A stretch of 63,468 nucleotides of DNA, the filler included, from Octopus bimaculoides (taxonomy: Eukaryota): the NCBI RefSeq assembly GCF_001194135.2. It is 6 parts of 6 records of this genome, joined end to end, with 100 filler letters (N's around TTAATTAATTAA, not from the genome) between each part and the next. Parts side by side here need not be neighbours in the genome. Positions count along the whole stretch, not along the records: positions 52,064 to 63,468 come from NC_068988.1; 5 more parts are not named here. One strand, given 5' to 3'. Below the pieces are notes generated by a model. The model saw nothing but the letters and a program-made list of their open reading frames with translations, was not told the DNA's origin and ran no database searches. Positions within the stretch are counted from its first letter, which is position 1. Every line of letters begins with the position of its first letter. Shown here in pieces: positions 52,250 through 63,468 of this stretch. The translations under genes were made by a program, and so were the position numbers.

Positions 52250-52461
52250 TTTTCTACTCTAGGCACAAGGTCCGGAATTTTGGGGGAGGGGGCCAGTCGA
52301 TTAGATTGACCTCAGTACGCGACTGGTACTTAATTTATCGAACCCGAAAGGATGAAAGGCAAAGTCGACCTCGGCGGAATTTGAACTCAGAACGTAAAGA
52401 CTGACGAAATACCGCTAAGCATTTCGCCCGGCGTGCTAACGTTTCTGCAAGCTCACTGCCT
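52250..52461 (-). mobile_element. SINE, family C, tail type 2
   Basis: Same head and core as 49881, but the tail reads ...GGCCCCCTCCCCCAAAATTCCGGACCTTGTGCCTAGAGTAGAAA. Confidence 0.9.
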
Positions 52462-53594
52462 AATGTGTACGAATATTGACGTATGTATGTGGGTGTATGA
52501 GGGTATCCTACATGTGTGTAGGTGTGTATGTGTGTGTAGTACTTTCTTTAAGCAGTTTTGTAAATGATTTATTATAAAACATCAACAAACAGGCAAAACA
52601 GAAATTAGAATGACACAAGAGAGGGAAAGATAGTATCGAAACCATTCTCCCCAGCTTCACAGACTCTCTCTCAAGTAATTCGGTCACGAGTTTCACACCA
52701 ACAGGAAAAACTGGTCTGTAACAGCATTCTTTAACTTAATAAGAGAAGGAACTTTACATTGTTAAATATGGTTAACCTTTACTCTTCTCGTCAAAGACTT
52801 AAAAACACACGCACAAACGTCACCTCTCGCTTTCACTCTCCTACAAATATATATTCTATTATCTTATTTTCGGCTTTAGCCAGAGGCTATGACCATGCTG
52901 GGGCACCGCTACTAGCATTCATACTTGCTTATTTTAGACTCATTTCCCACCCCAGTCTCTGGAATGGATCCTGGTGAAGTTGTAAGCTGGACAAAGCAGA
53001 ATTTTGAGTTTCTTGTTGTGACGTGGTTTCATCTGGTTTATCAGATTCATAATTTTGTGGGGTTTTTTTGTTCTTTTACTGGTTCTAGTCATTGGAAAGC
53101 AGCCATCATGAAGCACCATCCTGTTTCATTGTAGATTCAGCGAATGATAGGCTTTGTACAAGGAGAGAGAGGGGAGAGAGAGGAAAGTGAGAGACAGACA
53201 GACAGACAGAGTGTGTGTGTGTATGTATGGGAAGAGAGAGCAAGAGTCTTTTATATCCAATATCTTTAGAATATCGTAGATTTTCGACCGTTCTGTTAAT
53301 ACTGTGATCTTTCAGTTCCGTGACAATATTCTACAACAGTATTATTATAGCAATTCATATTGACTGGCTTCTAAACGAAAGTCCTCGCCATAAAAGTGGA
53401 GTGATTGTGAGCAAATCTGACTTTGATCTCATGATACAGCTCTCAGTTTCTGGAAGAAAGACACCCAGGGCTCTGAAGGCAATGCCAGAAGCAGTTGAGA
53501 AAAGTTCCAAGTGGATTTGTCCAAAGAGGAATGGAAATGCATTTCAGAAGGCATTAATTTACCCAACAGTCAACTGGTATCTTAGATTGAACTG

Positions 53595-53905
53595 GTGAAA
53601 CTGGTATTCCGTCAGTTACGATGACAAAGGATCCAATTGATCCGATCAGCGGAACAACCTCCTCGTGAAAGTAAGGTGCAAGTAGCTGAGTACTCCACAG
53701 ACACGCGTACCCTTAAAGTAGTTCTCAGAGAGATTCATAGTGACACAGAATATGACAAGGCCGGCGCTTTGGATTACAGTTACAACTCATTTTTGTTAGC
53801 TGAGTGGACTGGAACATCGTGAAATAAAGTGACTTGGTCAAGGACACAGCACGCTGTTGGGAATCGAACTCTCGATCTTACGATCGTAAGCCGAATACCC
53901 TACAC
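53595..53905 (-). mobile_element. SINE with a family D head/core and a family B tail
   Basis: Head GGGTATTCGGCTTACGATCG...GTTCGATTCCC, core GTCCAGTCCACTCAGCT-like, tail GTGGAGTACTCAGCTACTTGCAC...GATCGGATCAA. Confidence 0.75.
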
Positions 53906-54739
53906 AGGCAATCTGGTGATGATCTTAGATTGATCTTCCTTCCGTTTCTTTTTTTTTGTCGATTCATTGAGCTGGCAACGCTGACATACAATCGGACGAT
54001 ACAGCAACCAGACGACAACTTCCAGTCTAAGTTCAAATAAACCAGTTTGGAATGATTCCAAGAAATGGAATTCCATAAGAACAAATAGGAAATTGGATGA
54101 AATATTTTGTAATTTTTGTCTGATATTATCTTCAAAGATTTATCAGATTAGAAAGCGTTGGCGTTGTTATGAAATGTCTTTCAGTTGGAGATACGGGAAC
54201 TGGTTTCGACTGATCACCAATATAACTGATTCGACTAATCACTAAGATTTGATAGGCGGTGGCTGGATTGGCAGACTTGATAGATTGTCAGGTGAAATAT
54301 CTGCGACATTTAGTTACTGTGCTTTGATAACGAAACCTGCCGAGGTTAACATTGAATTTCATCCTACCGAGATCGATAAAATAAAGTACTTCTAGCTTTG
54401 TTTATCACGGGTGTTTGGTGCACACTCCACAGAAAAACCATCGTGTTAAGTGAATCATTGATAAATGAATAATAGAAGGAATGGGAAAAGAGGTTTCGTT
54501 CGGAGACTCCAAGATGTCTCCCTAACACCTCCAAACAGTTTTTAAACGCTCATAATGAGGCGTTCCTTCAGTATGTCTAGAGTGTCAGTGCGAGGAGACG
54601 ACGTCATCCGTCCTCTTATTTTCAGCCTAGCCTCTTTATCTATTTCATGAGGGGAAATTGTGTGCACCGTTATCGAAAGATTGCCCATAGTAATACCATT
54701 CCATGGTTGGAAAAATGAGTAAAGTTTAATGACATATGA

Positions 54740-54800
54740 TTCGTAAACAACCACAGACAGAAAGACAGACAGAAAAATAGATAGATAAATAGATAGATAT

Positions 54801-54869
<69 letters not shown>

Positions 54870-54998
54870 CGGGCAGACAAACAGACAGACAGAAAGACAG
54901 GCACATAGACGAGTAAATAGATTGAGTTACAAATTGATAGACAGACAGATAAACAGATAGACAGACAGGCAGGCAGGTAGGTAGACAGATAGACAGAC

Positions 54999-55069
<71 letters not shown>

Positions 55070-55240
55070 CAGACAGAAAGACGAGTCACTAGACTGCCAG
55101 ATAGACAGTCAGAAAAAAGACAAAATGACAGACGAACAGACAACAAAAAGAAACAGTTTGACAGATAGACAGGTAGATTGACAGAGAAATAGATAGATAG
55201 GTAGATAGATAGACAGACGGGCAAACAGATTGACAGATAG
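54740..55240. repeat. (AGAT)n/(AGAC)n tetranucleotide tracts
   Basis: Direct inspection. Confidence 0.95.
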
Positions 55241-55624
55241 ATAGAGAAAGAGAGAGAGTGGGGGGGAGAGAGAGAGAGAAAGAAAGAAAGAGAGAGAGAA
55301 AGAAAGAAAGGGAGAGATGTGTAAAGGTTTATTTTCATGACGCAACTATCAGTTTACGTAATGGAGAAGTGTGTGGCATAAAAAATCTTGGCGTTACTAA
55401 CGTATAAAGTTCCTCCAACTTGCAAAAAATATTCTCACATGTACGCATACTTGCACTCAGGCTCACACAGGTACGTCTTATATAAAGATAAAACGCTGGC
55501 TATATTGCATTCATGTAATACATCTGAGTGAAAAAAAAATTTAGATCCTCACAAACGGTTTCAATACAATTTTAAAAGGAAAAATTTGGAAGAATTAGAT
55601 GGAAATTCTCCGGTATTATTTTTT

Positions 55625-55771
55625 TGTGGTAAGAAGCTTGCTTCCCAACCACATGGCTCCGGGTTCAGTCCCACAGCGTGACACCTTGGGCAAGTGTCTT
55701 CTACTATAGCCTCCGGTTGACCAAAGCCTTGTGAGTGGATTTGCTAGACGGAAAACTGAAAGAATCCCGTC

Positions 55772-55803
<32 letters not shown>

Positions 55804-56235
55804 GTATATGTTTGTCCCCCCAACATCGCTTGACGACCGATGTTGGTGTGTTTACGTCCCCGTAACTTAGCGGTTCGGCAAAAGCGACCGATAGAATAAG
55901 TACTAGGCTTACAAAGAATAAGTCCTGGGGTCGATTTGTTCGACTAAAGGTGGTGCTCCAGCATGGCCGCAGTTAAATGACTGAGACAAATAAAAGAAAA
56001 ATGCTAATGTTGATTAAAAAACTTGCCAGTTGCTATCTTGGGATCATTGTTGACCATTTAAATTAACGTCCGCTTGACAACCGGCGTTGGTGTGTTTACA
56101 TTCCCGAACTTCGTAGTTCGATCAATAGATTAAGTACTAGGCTAAAAAAAAAGTACTGGATTCGATTCATTCGGATGAAAAGTTTTCAAGGCGGTGCCCC
56201 AGCATGGCCGCAGTCTAAAGACTACAACAAATAAA
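55625..56235 (+). mobile_element. Full SINE family A plus a duplicated, diverged 3' module
   Basis: 55625-56000 is complete; 56070-56235 repeats CGCTTGACAACC...GGTGCCCCAGCATGGCCGCAG. Confidence 0.85.
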
Positions 56236-56444
56236 GGATGAAAAATTTAAAGTAGTGTTCAGTGTGGGCGGTGACTGTCCGTAAAATATTGGAATGGTGT
56301 CCATAATTTTTGCAAAAATATATAAGGGTCCAGCGATAAGTTTGGAAACCACTGCAATAAGGAATTTTTTAAACAAGGATTTGGCGTTTATTTTTGGTAG
56401 AAGCCAACATATCTGATGTAGTGTTGTTGAATCACAATAATATA

Positions 56445-56681
56445 CAGTAATCCCTCGACTATCGCGAGTGTTACATTTCAACCATCCACGCGATAGGTGA
56501 AAATCCGCGAAGTAGAAACAGTACTGTACTGTATATTTATTTTTATTATTTTTATAATTTGTATATATTTATTTTATTATAAATGCAAAACAACACCACG
56601 GTGGAATCGATGTAAGCTCAAATAATAAACCGCGATGGGTGAACCGCGATAGGCGAACCGCGATATGGCTAGGGATTACTG
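56445..56681. mobile_element. Tc1/mariner-superfamily (pogo/Tigger-like) MITE
   Basis: TA|CAGTAATCCCTCGACTATCGCG ... CGCGATATGGCTAGGGATTACTG|TA gives imperfect TIRs with a TA target duplication. Confidence 0.85.
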
Positions 56682-57659
56682 TACTGTTATTAGGTTAAAC
56701 AAATCTTGGGATAGTGTTGTTTAACCCTAGGTCAATCTTTATCTAAAAGACCTATGATCGAAGGTGTTCCAGCCGTGATCATTCAAGCCTTGTTTTTATT
56801 TTCTAGACATAGTACTTCTAGGACTACATTATCCAGTGTGACCTACGTTTTCATAAAAAAAACTAGGGCGTGATTTAAAGGAGATATGTAGATTTGACTG
56901 CTATTATTCATAGCAGGTCTAGCGACCATTTAAAGGCTTCCATTTTCAGAACAACGTGGGTGGATTGGACAATTTTCTACATTGTTAACTGATTAAATGA
57001 GAAAGAGATGAGGTAGGGAGGGAGGGAGACAGAGAATGATGTATCTGTGAGATGCTGATCGTCTGTGATGAAGCCAGCTCAACAACAATGGTCTTTTGTA
57101 ATAGTTGAGGCCAGTTTGTACGTAAGCAATGGGAGCGAACAGGCGACGGAGATGCTTAGACAAGTGAGAGAATTGATAACTGTGTGGCCTCGAAAAGAAC
57201 GCGAGGGGGGGGCACTCTGTGCGTGAGTGCATGCATTTGTTTGTAGGAGTATGAGAGAGTGTGTGTGTGTGTGTGTGTGTGTGCATGCAAGTAAGAGTAT
57301 GTATCTGAGTATGCGTGCGTGTGCATGTGTGTATGCAAACAACCACATATGTACACATATGAGCGCCTATGAATACGCACAGACGTACATTATACATACA
57401 CATACATACATACATATATACATACATACATACATACATACATACATACATGCGCGCGCGCACACACACACACAAGGCGTAATGCATTGTGTTGTTGGAT
57501 GTAGTTCCAGTCCATTCGGCTGTACATGGGTAACCCGGCAAAAGACTCGCATCCCATTCAGAGGGAACGCTGGCCTTCTCGTCTAGCCAGCAGAGTGGCA
57601 TCATTCGAAAGCTAAACCGATGCGAAGTGCATTATGACCAGGAATGTATAACTATTGTC

Positions 57660-57990
57660 CTTGGCAATGTTGACGACTCTTCAGAGATGGTGACCGGAAG
57701 AGCATAGACTTTTTTATCTTTTATATACCGGAGGTATATTTAGACCCTGCTAAGTTCGATGGTAAAAAGAACCGGATTGAAACATTGCGCAAATTTATAA
57801 CATTTTCCGGGAAGAAAAGAAAAGTTACTTCTCGTAAATTGATGGCGACCGTTGTTGAATTATGTCAGTTGTTAGTATATGTATATATATGTCGTTTTCT
57901 AGTCCCAAAATGAGGACTACGACGCTACCAAAGCGTATTTTCGCTCATGGCGGCAGCATCTGAATATTTCATTTATTGAGTTTAGGAAAG
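57660..57990. promoter_or_regulatory. CpG-enriched, promoter-like patch
   Basis: ETS-like CCGGAAG (57694), YY1-like ATGGCG at 57842 and 57947, and many CpGs. No transcript evidence. Confidence 0.2.
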
Positions 57991-59239
57991 CATCGGAATC
58001 GCGTAATCATTTTTAGAATGATTTTTCATTCCGCCAGCATTGTCGTCTCTACTTTTGGAAGACAGGGTTTACCTCGGTTGGATTTGAATTTTGGACATAA
58101 AATGCTAGAACAAATATAGCAAAGCATTTTGGGTGGTACTCTTACGATTATGTCAGGAGTTTATCTTGGATTTCATTGTTTCAAACTTAAACCCCCAAAG
58201 TAGCAGTTATGAGGAAAGGGGTTAGTCGATAACATCAACCCTAGTATTTGACAGGAATTTTATATAATCAACGCCAAAAGGATGAAAGACAGAGTTGACT
58301 TCAGCGAGATTTGAACTTAGAAAGTAAAGAGTCGGAAAAAAAGTTACAGGCCTCTCCCCGCCATCCACGCTCTAACGATTACGCCAGGCATTTTACTTCG
58401 AATCAACAACAATAATAATGCTTCCAACTTAAGCACAAGTCTCATTATTTGTCCGGGACTTTATTTAGTAGCGTAGCTAGAGTTGCAGGTGAGGGAGCGA
58501 TCTGCCGGGGCAATGCTTTTGAGGGGTTAACACATTTAGGCCTGCTGTATAAACTAAGAGATCCAGGGAGAGGCAGACAATGCTAGTACTGCCCCGGGAG
58601 ATACACACATTCTAGCTAAGACACTGTCTATATTTTGTCGCCCTCTAAAACCGAAGGCCAATTGTAGCCTTGGCAGGATTTGAACTCAAATACTGCAAGG
58701 CTCTAACGATTCTGTTATTCCACAGCTTTCAAAACACAAGGCCAGGAATTTGATGAGAAAGAACAGTCGATTATATCTGATTATGTTAAACGAAGAAGTA
58801 AAGATGGCAGATAAAGTTCATTCTTCTGCGTAATTTATTTGACGGAAAACAATTCACCGCGTTGCGCTTGTTTTTCTTCCAATTCTTTTTACCTTGATTC
58901 CTCTGTTACTCCTTCTCTGGCATGTTATCTATCTGATCTCATCTATCCATTCGCCTAATTAATTAACGAACTAACTAACCGGCTAACCAATCAGCTAACT
59001 AACTGAACTGTACGTAAATGCAACAGAAAGCATGTAGTTAATGAAGCTATAAATGACAGGAACGAAGTTTTGGAGGAAAGCAAAATAGTAAAAAAAAAAA
59101 AGAAAATGGTCAATTAATAAATGATGTTATCAGTGTAACTCATTAGTACTCAAGGAAACTAGAAATGGTCCGCGCCAAAAAGAATTAATTAAAGTAAAAT
59201 TAAGCTATGTCGATGCGCAATGATAACAACAACAACAAC

Positions 59240-59315
<76 letters not shown>

Positions 59316-59323
59316 TAATAACT

Positions 59324-59570
59324 GCAGCACACGACCAAAGCCTTCCCACCAGAAATTACCAAAAACATATAATGAAAAGAAACATAACAAGTAACTGCAG
59401 AATATGTGGAGATGGACAAGAAACAATAAATTATGTTATCTCTGGCTGCCCAGTACTGGCGAAGAAGGAATATATTCACAGACACGACAGAGTTGGGACC
59501 TACATACACTGGAAGCTATGCCAACACTATGGAATAACAACAGAAAAAAGATGGTATAGGCATACGCCAG
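59324..59570 (+). mobile_element. RLE non-LTR retrotransposon (R4/Dong-like) zinc-knuckle fragment
   Basis: AAHDQSLPTRNYQKHIMKRNITSNCRICGDGQETINYVISGCPVLAKKEYIHRHDRVGTYIHWKLCQHYGI contains the CRxC...ETxxH/Y..SGC...RHD motif; it starts right after (AAT)n. Confidence 0.85.
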
Positions 59571-60126
59571 CAAAGACTTATCAAATATATTCGTCAATTT
59601 ACTGTTCCCCTTCGATAATTATGGATGTTTTGATATTTCTGGTTATCACTAACCTATTTGGTCCTAACATGGTAGCCTAACAAAAGAAAATGACGCGGCT
59701 AGGATACTCAACCAAGCGTTGCCACAAACCAGATTTTCGCGACATGCTTAAAAAGTAGCTAAGGCGAAACCAGAACGTTTAAAAGTGTTACACGATTACA
59801 ACGGCGAATACAATGAAAGATGATGAATAATATCGTTATTTTGTCGATCGTATGTTACAAAAATAAAACTGGAAAGGCGTATGAATGAAAAAAATCTTCG
59901 TCAATTCAGCCCCCTGGAAACCAGTATTACTTACATTGCTTCATTGTCTTGTGATACAAACTAATGATATATTTTTATTATTATATCGTGTCATAAGTTA
60001 ACGTAAAACATACAATAAAAAGTAATCATTTATAAACCAGAAATGTATATCGGTGAATTTGTATTTTATTGAATTATCTTTTGTACTTTTTGTGTCTTTT
60101 GTTTTTTTTTTTTATACGAATGTCAG

Positions 60127-60215
60127 GCTTTGAATATAAAAGTCCAATGACCCACTTTTAACATCCGTGAATTTATTGACCAAAAAGGAAAGTCCAATCG
60201 ATCCTTACGAGATAG
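60127..60215 (+). other. Exon-like unit with strong splice sites but no open frame
   Basis: Long T tract + TGTCAG| ... AG|GTAAGG. All three frames have stops unless one T in the TTTT run at ~60156-60159 is removed. Confidence 0.2.
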
Positions 60216-61224
60216 GTAAGGATCACTTTACGTATTTCTATTTAGGTACGTCTGCCTGAAGAATAAAAAAAAAATAGAGATGGAATGATCACAGTAAGAA
60301 AGTCTTTGATCATTAGATCGAAGAAAATAGCAGATCGATGATCTAAGGCAGCAAACGTGTCTTTGCTCTTTGATCTGCTAGTTCAGGGCTGATTGGGAAT
60401 AAACAATAACAGCAACTACTTTTAGATCGATAACAGAATACACAGTGTATTCATAATGAGTTCACAATAAACAAATCGATTTGATTGACTGAATCCTCCT
60501 CATAAATCTTATCATTGAAAGTAAGTTTTAATGTTTCGTCATTTACATTTCTATTCACATCTGGGATGGTCTTTTGGACCCAAATGGACGACCGCCATTT
60601 TTATTTTATCGATTCAAGAAGAATGAAAGTCAAAAGGTGATCCTCAGTGAGATTGGAACTCAAAACATAAGAACTATAATTGAATAGCGCAAACATTTTG
60701 TTCAACGATTCTAGATACACTTTGCCTGGGTGGTCACGACTACAACATCTTTGTTCACAGGTCTACTTGATCAGAGCAAACCCCAGGCTACAAAAGAATA
60801 TTGAAGGAGTCACTACACAGTCGTTATACTCGCTAGAAATTGCAGTGAAGTCTCCCCAACATTACAGCCTATCCCCTGGAAAGAGTAGGAGGCAAAGTTA
60901 CATTTAACTACAGCCGTCGTTTGTTATTGTTTCATTTTATTTTGCTCAAGAAGAACATTCCAATTATGATGCAAACCTGTCGAGCCAGTTTGTTGTAACA
61001 TTTCTTTAGAATAAAAATTAATGTAAGCCTCGAGAAGAAGGACAGTATCAACATCTAATGTCAATTTTCTTTTTATTCAGTAATAATAAAGCTTTTATTT
61101 CATGGCTCACGCTTTTTAAACTCGCATTGGATCATGGGATTTCAAGAGGTTTTATTATTCAAAAGATGTCTTCCTGTAAGACATCGATTCTTCATAGTAA
61201 CGATGATTGTCAGGACTCTCTCGC

Positions 61225-61592
61225 TTTGTAAATGCAGAAATTATTCTCACTCGATACATGGAACAAGTCTGTAAGTTTGTAGGCCATGGGCAGAGGAGAG
61301 TTGCGATGTTTCGAACTTGCTATAAATAAATAAATACGACAGATATGTGATTGGAATGTCGCAGGAAAGAATTGCGAGATTCTTGAAGCCGAACCAACAA
61401 GCAGGAGTCCTAGAGGGAGACCAAGAACGAAATAGTTGAATAATATCCATAGTTTTAGTTGATCACGTTTGGGAATCCAGCAGGAAAGCTTTATGACAGT
61501 CTCCTTTATACAGGACCCGATGGAGGAGGTGCTTGAGGTCTCTAGCCCCACGACCCTTCCAAGAACGGTGGACAGCGAAAATGAATGGATGG
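61225..61592 (+). mobile_element. RTE-clade LINE 3' end
   Basis: EILEAEPTSRSPRGRPRTK*LNNIHSFS*SRLGIQ matches RTE 'GxRPRGRPRTRWxD'; ends in a short (GGAT)-type tail. Confidence 0.75.
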
Positions 61593-62219
61593 AAAATAAT
61601 ACGAAAAGGGTTGTTGTTTATCCCCAGGCCAACCCCGATTGAGCAGATCTATGATCAAAAGGTTTCCAGCCATGACTGTCTCGCATTTTCCGGTATCTAG
61701 GATTCACATTGTCTACTGCGTCCTTCCATTGTTAAGCAGATACGTTGTGATTTGTTGGTAATTTGGCTGTTATTTCTAGCATCTATAGTGCGCATGTGGA
61801 GGTTCATTCGTTGCTTTTATTTTTTTCCCTAGGTCACATCTGACTAAGAAGATCCATGAACACGATAGCACTCCAATCGTGACCATCTCATGTTTTTTGG
61901 TATATTCAATGGGCTCAGTACCACATTATACAATGTCTCTAAGACAGTATGGTATAATTTGAGAGAGATTTAGCTGGTATTTCTAGAAAAGCGAAAAATC
62001 ACACAGAAGCTCCCTTGGCTCATTCAAGCAAAGAAATATGGAGGTAATGAATCGTTGGAATCATTAATTGCTGGAGTAATTTAATTACAACCCTTTATGT
62101 CTCAAGATCAAATCCTGCTGAAGTCAGCTTTGATTCTCATTGTTCCGGAGTCGATGAAATAAAGTACAAATTAAGACCTGGAGAATTGCTAATATTGATT
62201 TCAAAATTTGACACAAGGC

Positions 62220-62410
62220 CAGCAATTTCAGGAAGGCCATGAGAGCTGGTAGAATCGTTAGCGTGTTATGCAAAATTCTTTGCGGCATTTCGCCCGTCTT
62301 CACATTCTGAGTTCAAATTCCGTCAAAGTCGACTTTACCTTTCATTGTTCCGGGGTTCGATAAAATAAGTACCAGTCGAAAACTGGGGTCGGTGTTATCA
62401 TCTCATGCCC
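62220..62410 (+). mobile_element. Diverged SINE, family C
   Basis: GAGCTGGTAGAATCGTTAGC...GAGTTCAAATTCCG...TCGATAAAATAAGTACCAGTCG. Confidence 0.75.
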
Positions 62411-63468
62411 TCTTCCGCATTTTCCAACCCTGTGTCAAAGTTTGAAACCAATCGATGGCATATCCGGACACTTAAAGTTCATTTCCATAAACGAAACAGA
62501 TTCGCTTCCGTTGTTGAAGAGTTCGTTTTGAATTCATAATCTTGGTATGTGACTCATTATCACCATCAACCCTTAGAAATCTCTGTCTCCAGTTTTAGGA
62601 CTCCTAAGGCTGGGTACTCGCTTTCCATGCTGTATAAATGACTGAGATCCCAACCATTCCCCTTGAACAGAATGTCAGTCCATCGCGGTGTCGTTCAACG
62701 ATCAATTGCTCATGAACACAAATCACCGCCCGCACCCGAATGAAACACCCTAACCACTACGCCACGCGCCTTCACATTAGCGTTAAAATTTAGATTTAAA
62801 TTTTTATTCACCTGAAGAAAACGTTTTCTATTTTTTAAATGATGTAATTGACTTGTTTATCAATAAAAGACGTGCTCGAAACAGCGGTAGTGAAACTCAA
62901 CTCATTTCTGTTCTTACGTATTTGATTGCTATTTAGTCTTATAATATTCTGGCATATTCAGAAACTAGTGTCCCTGCCTTGGTTATTATCGACACTGGAA
63001 GGTTGAAAGCAAAGTCGACCCTCGATGGGAATTGAACCTGAAATATACTGGTTTGTAAGTAAAAGCCTACAAGTCTTATTCTTTTGATATTTTTGTTTTC
63101 TAGTCTGTCATTCCAACATATTCTTTGAAGAACTCAACAACGTGGGAGAAATTTATTAAATCTAATACGAAATCGGTGAAAGAAGGGAAAATACAAGTTT
63201 TACAAGTTTTCTAGATTAACATCAATTAATTCAACAACGCATAAACAGGTTTATAAGAAGAAGAAGAAAAATAATAATACTATTAACCCCAAAATACCCG
63301 TAAAATACCCGTAAGATACAAACGTATGTGGAATGCAAAACAAAACTATACACTGCAAGTCGACAAGAGAAAGTTAATGAATAAATAAATAAATACATAT
63401 ATAAATTTTGAAAAATACCAGCTATTTAAATTGAGTTAAACCAGTCTTTCTTATATATATATATATAT

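Noticed and set aside
53320-53598. 92-aa plus-strand ORF
   Set aside because: No recognisable motif, no convincing donor or start, and the length is compatible with chance.
61210-61551. 113-aa minus-strand ORF
   Set aside because: It is the antisense of the RTE LINE fragment.

Overview
AT-rich, microsatellite-saturated eukaryotic draft-genome DNA. It is most likely a cephalopod (Octopus-like), which I infer from the SINE and LINE families; it is not prokaryotic, and there is no CRISPR array, rRNA or intact tRNA gene. About two-thirds of the window is SINEs, LINE fragments (Penelope, Tx1/L1, RTE, R4/Dong-like), DNA-transposon remnants (mariner, maT/Tc1, Helitron, MITEs), simple repeats and N gaps. 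Five identical 100-bp spacers (44 N + TTAATTAATTAA + 44 N) are artificial joins that split it into six blocks. No intact or nameable host gene was found. A few short minus-strand exon candidates (43525-43574, 24866-24960, 14878-14915, 204-271) could belong to one long-intron coiled-coil gene, but this is low confidence. The most interesting real signals are transposon architectures: a mariner built from two 5' ends, two inverted-repeat elements carrying TTAGGG repeats, a SINE tail shared with a Tx1-like LINE, modular SINE head/tail swapping, and RLE-LINE fragments next to (TAA)n. There is also a strong CTCF-like motif. I found no evidence for a new multi-gene system. All family assignments come from motif recall, not database searches.
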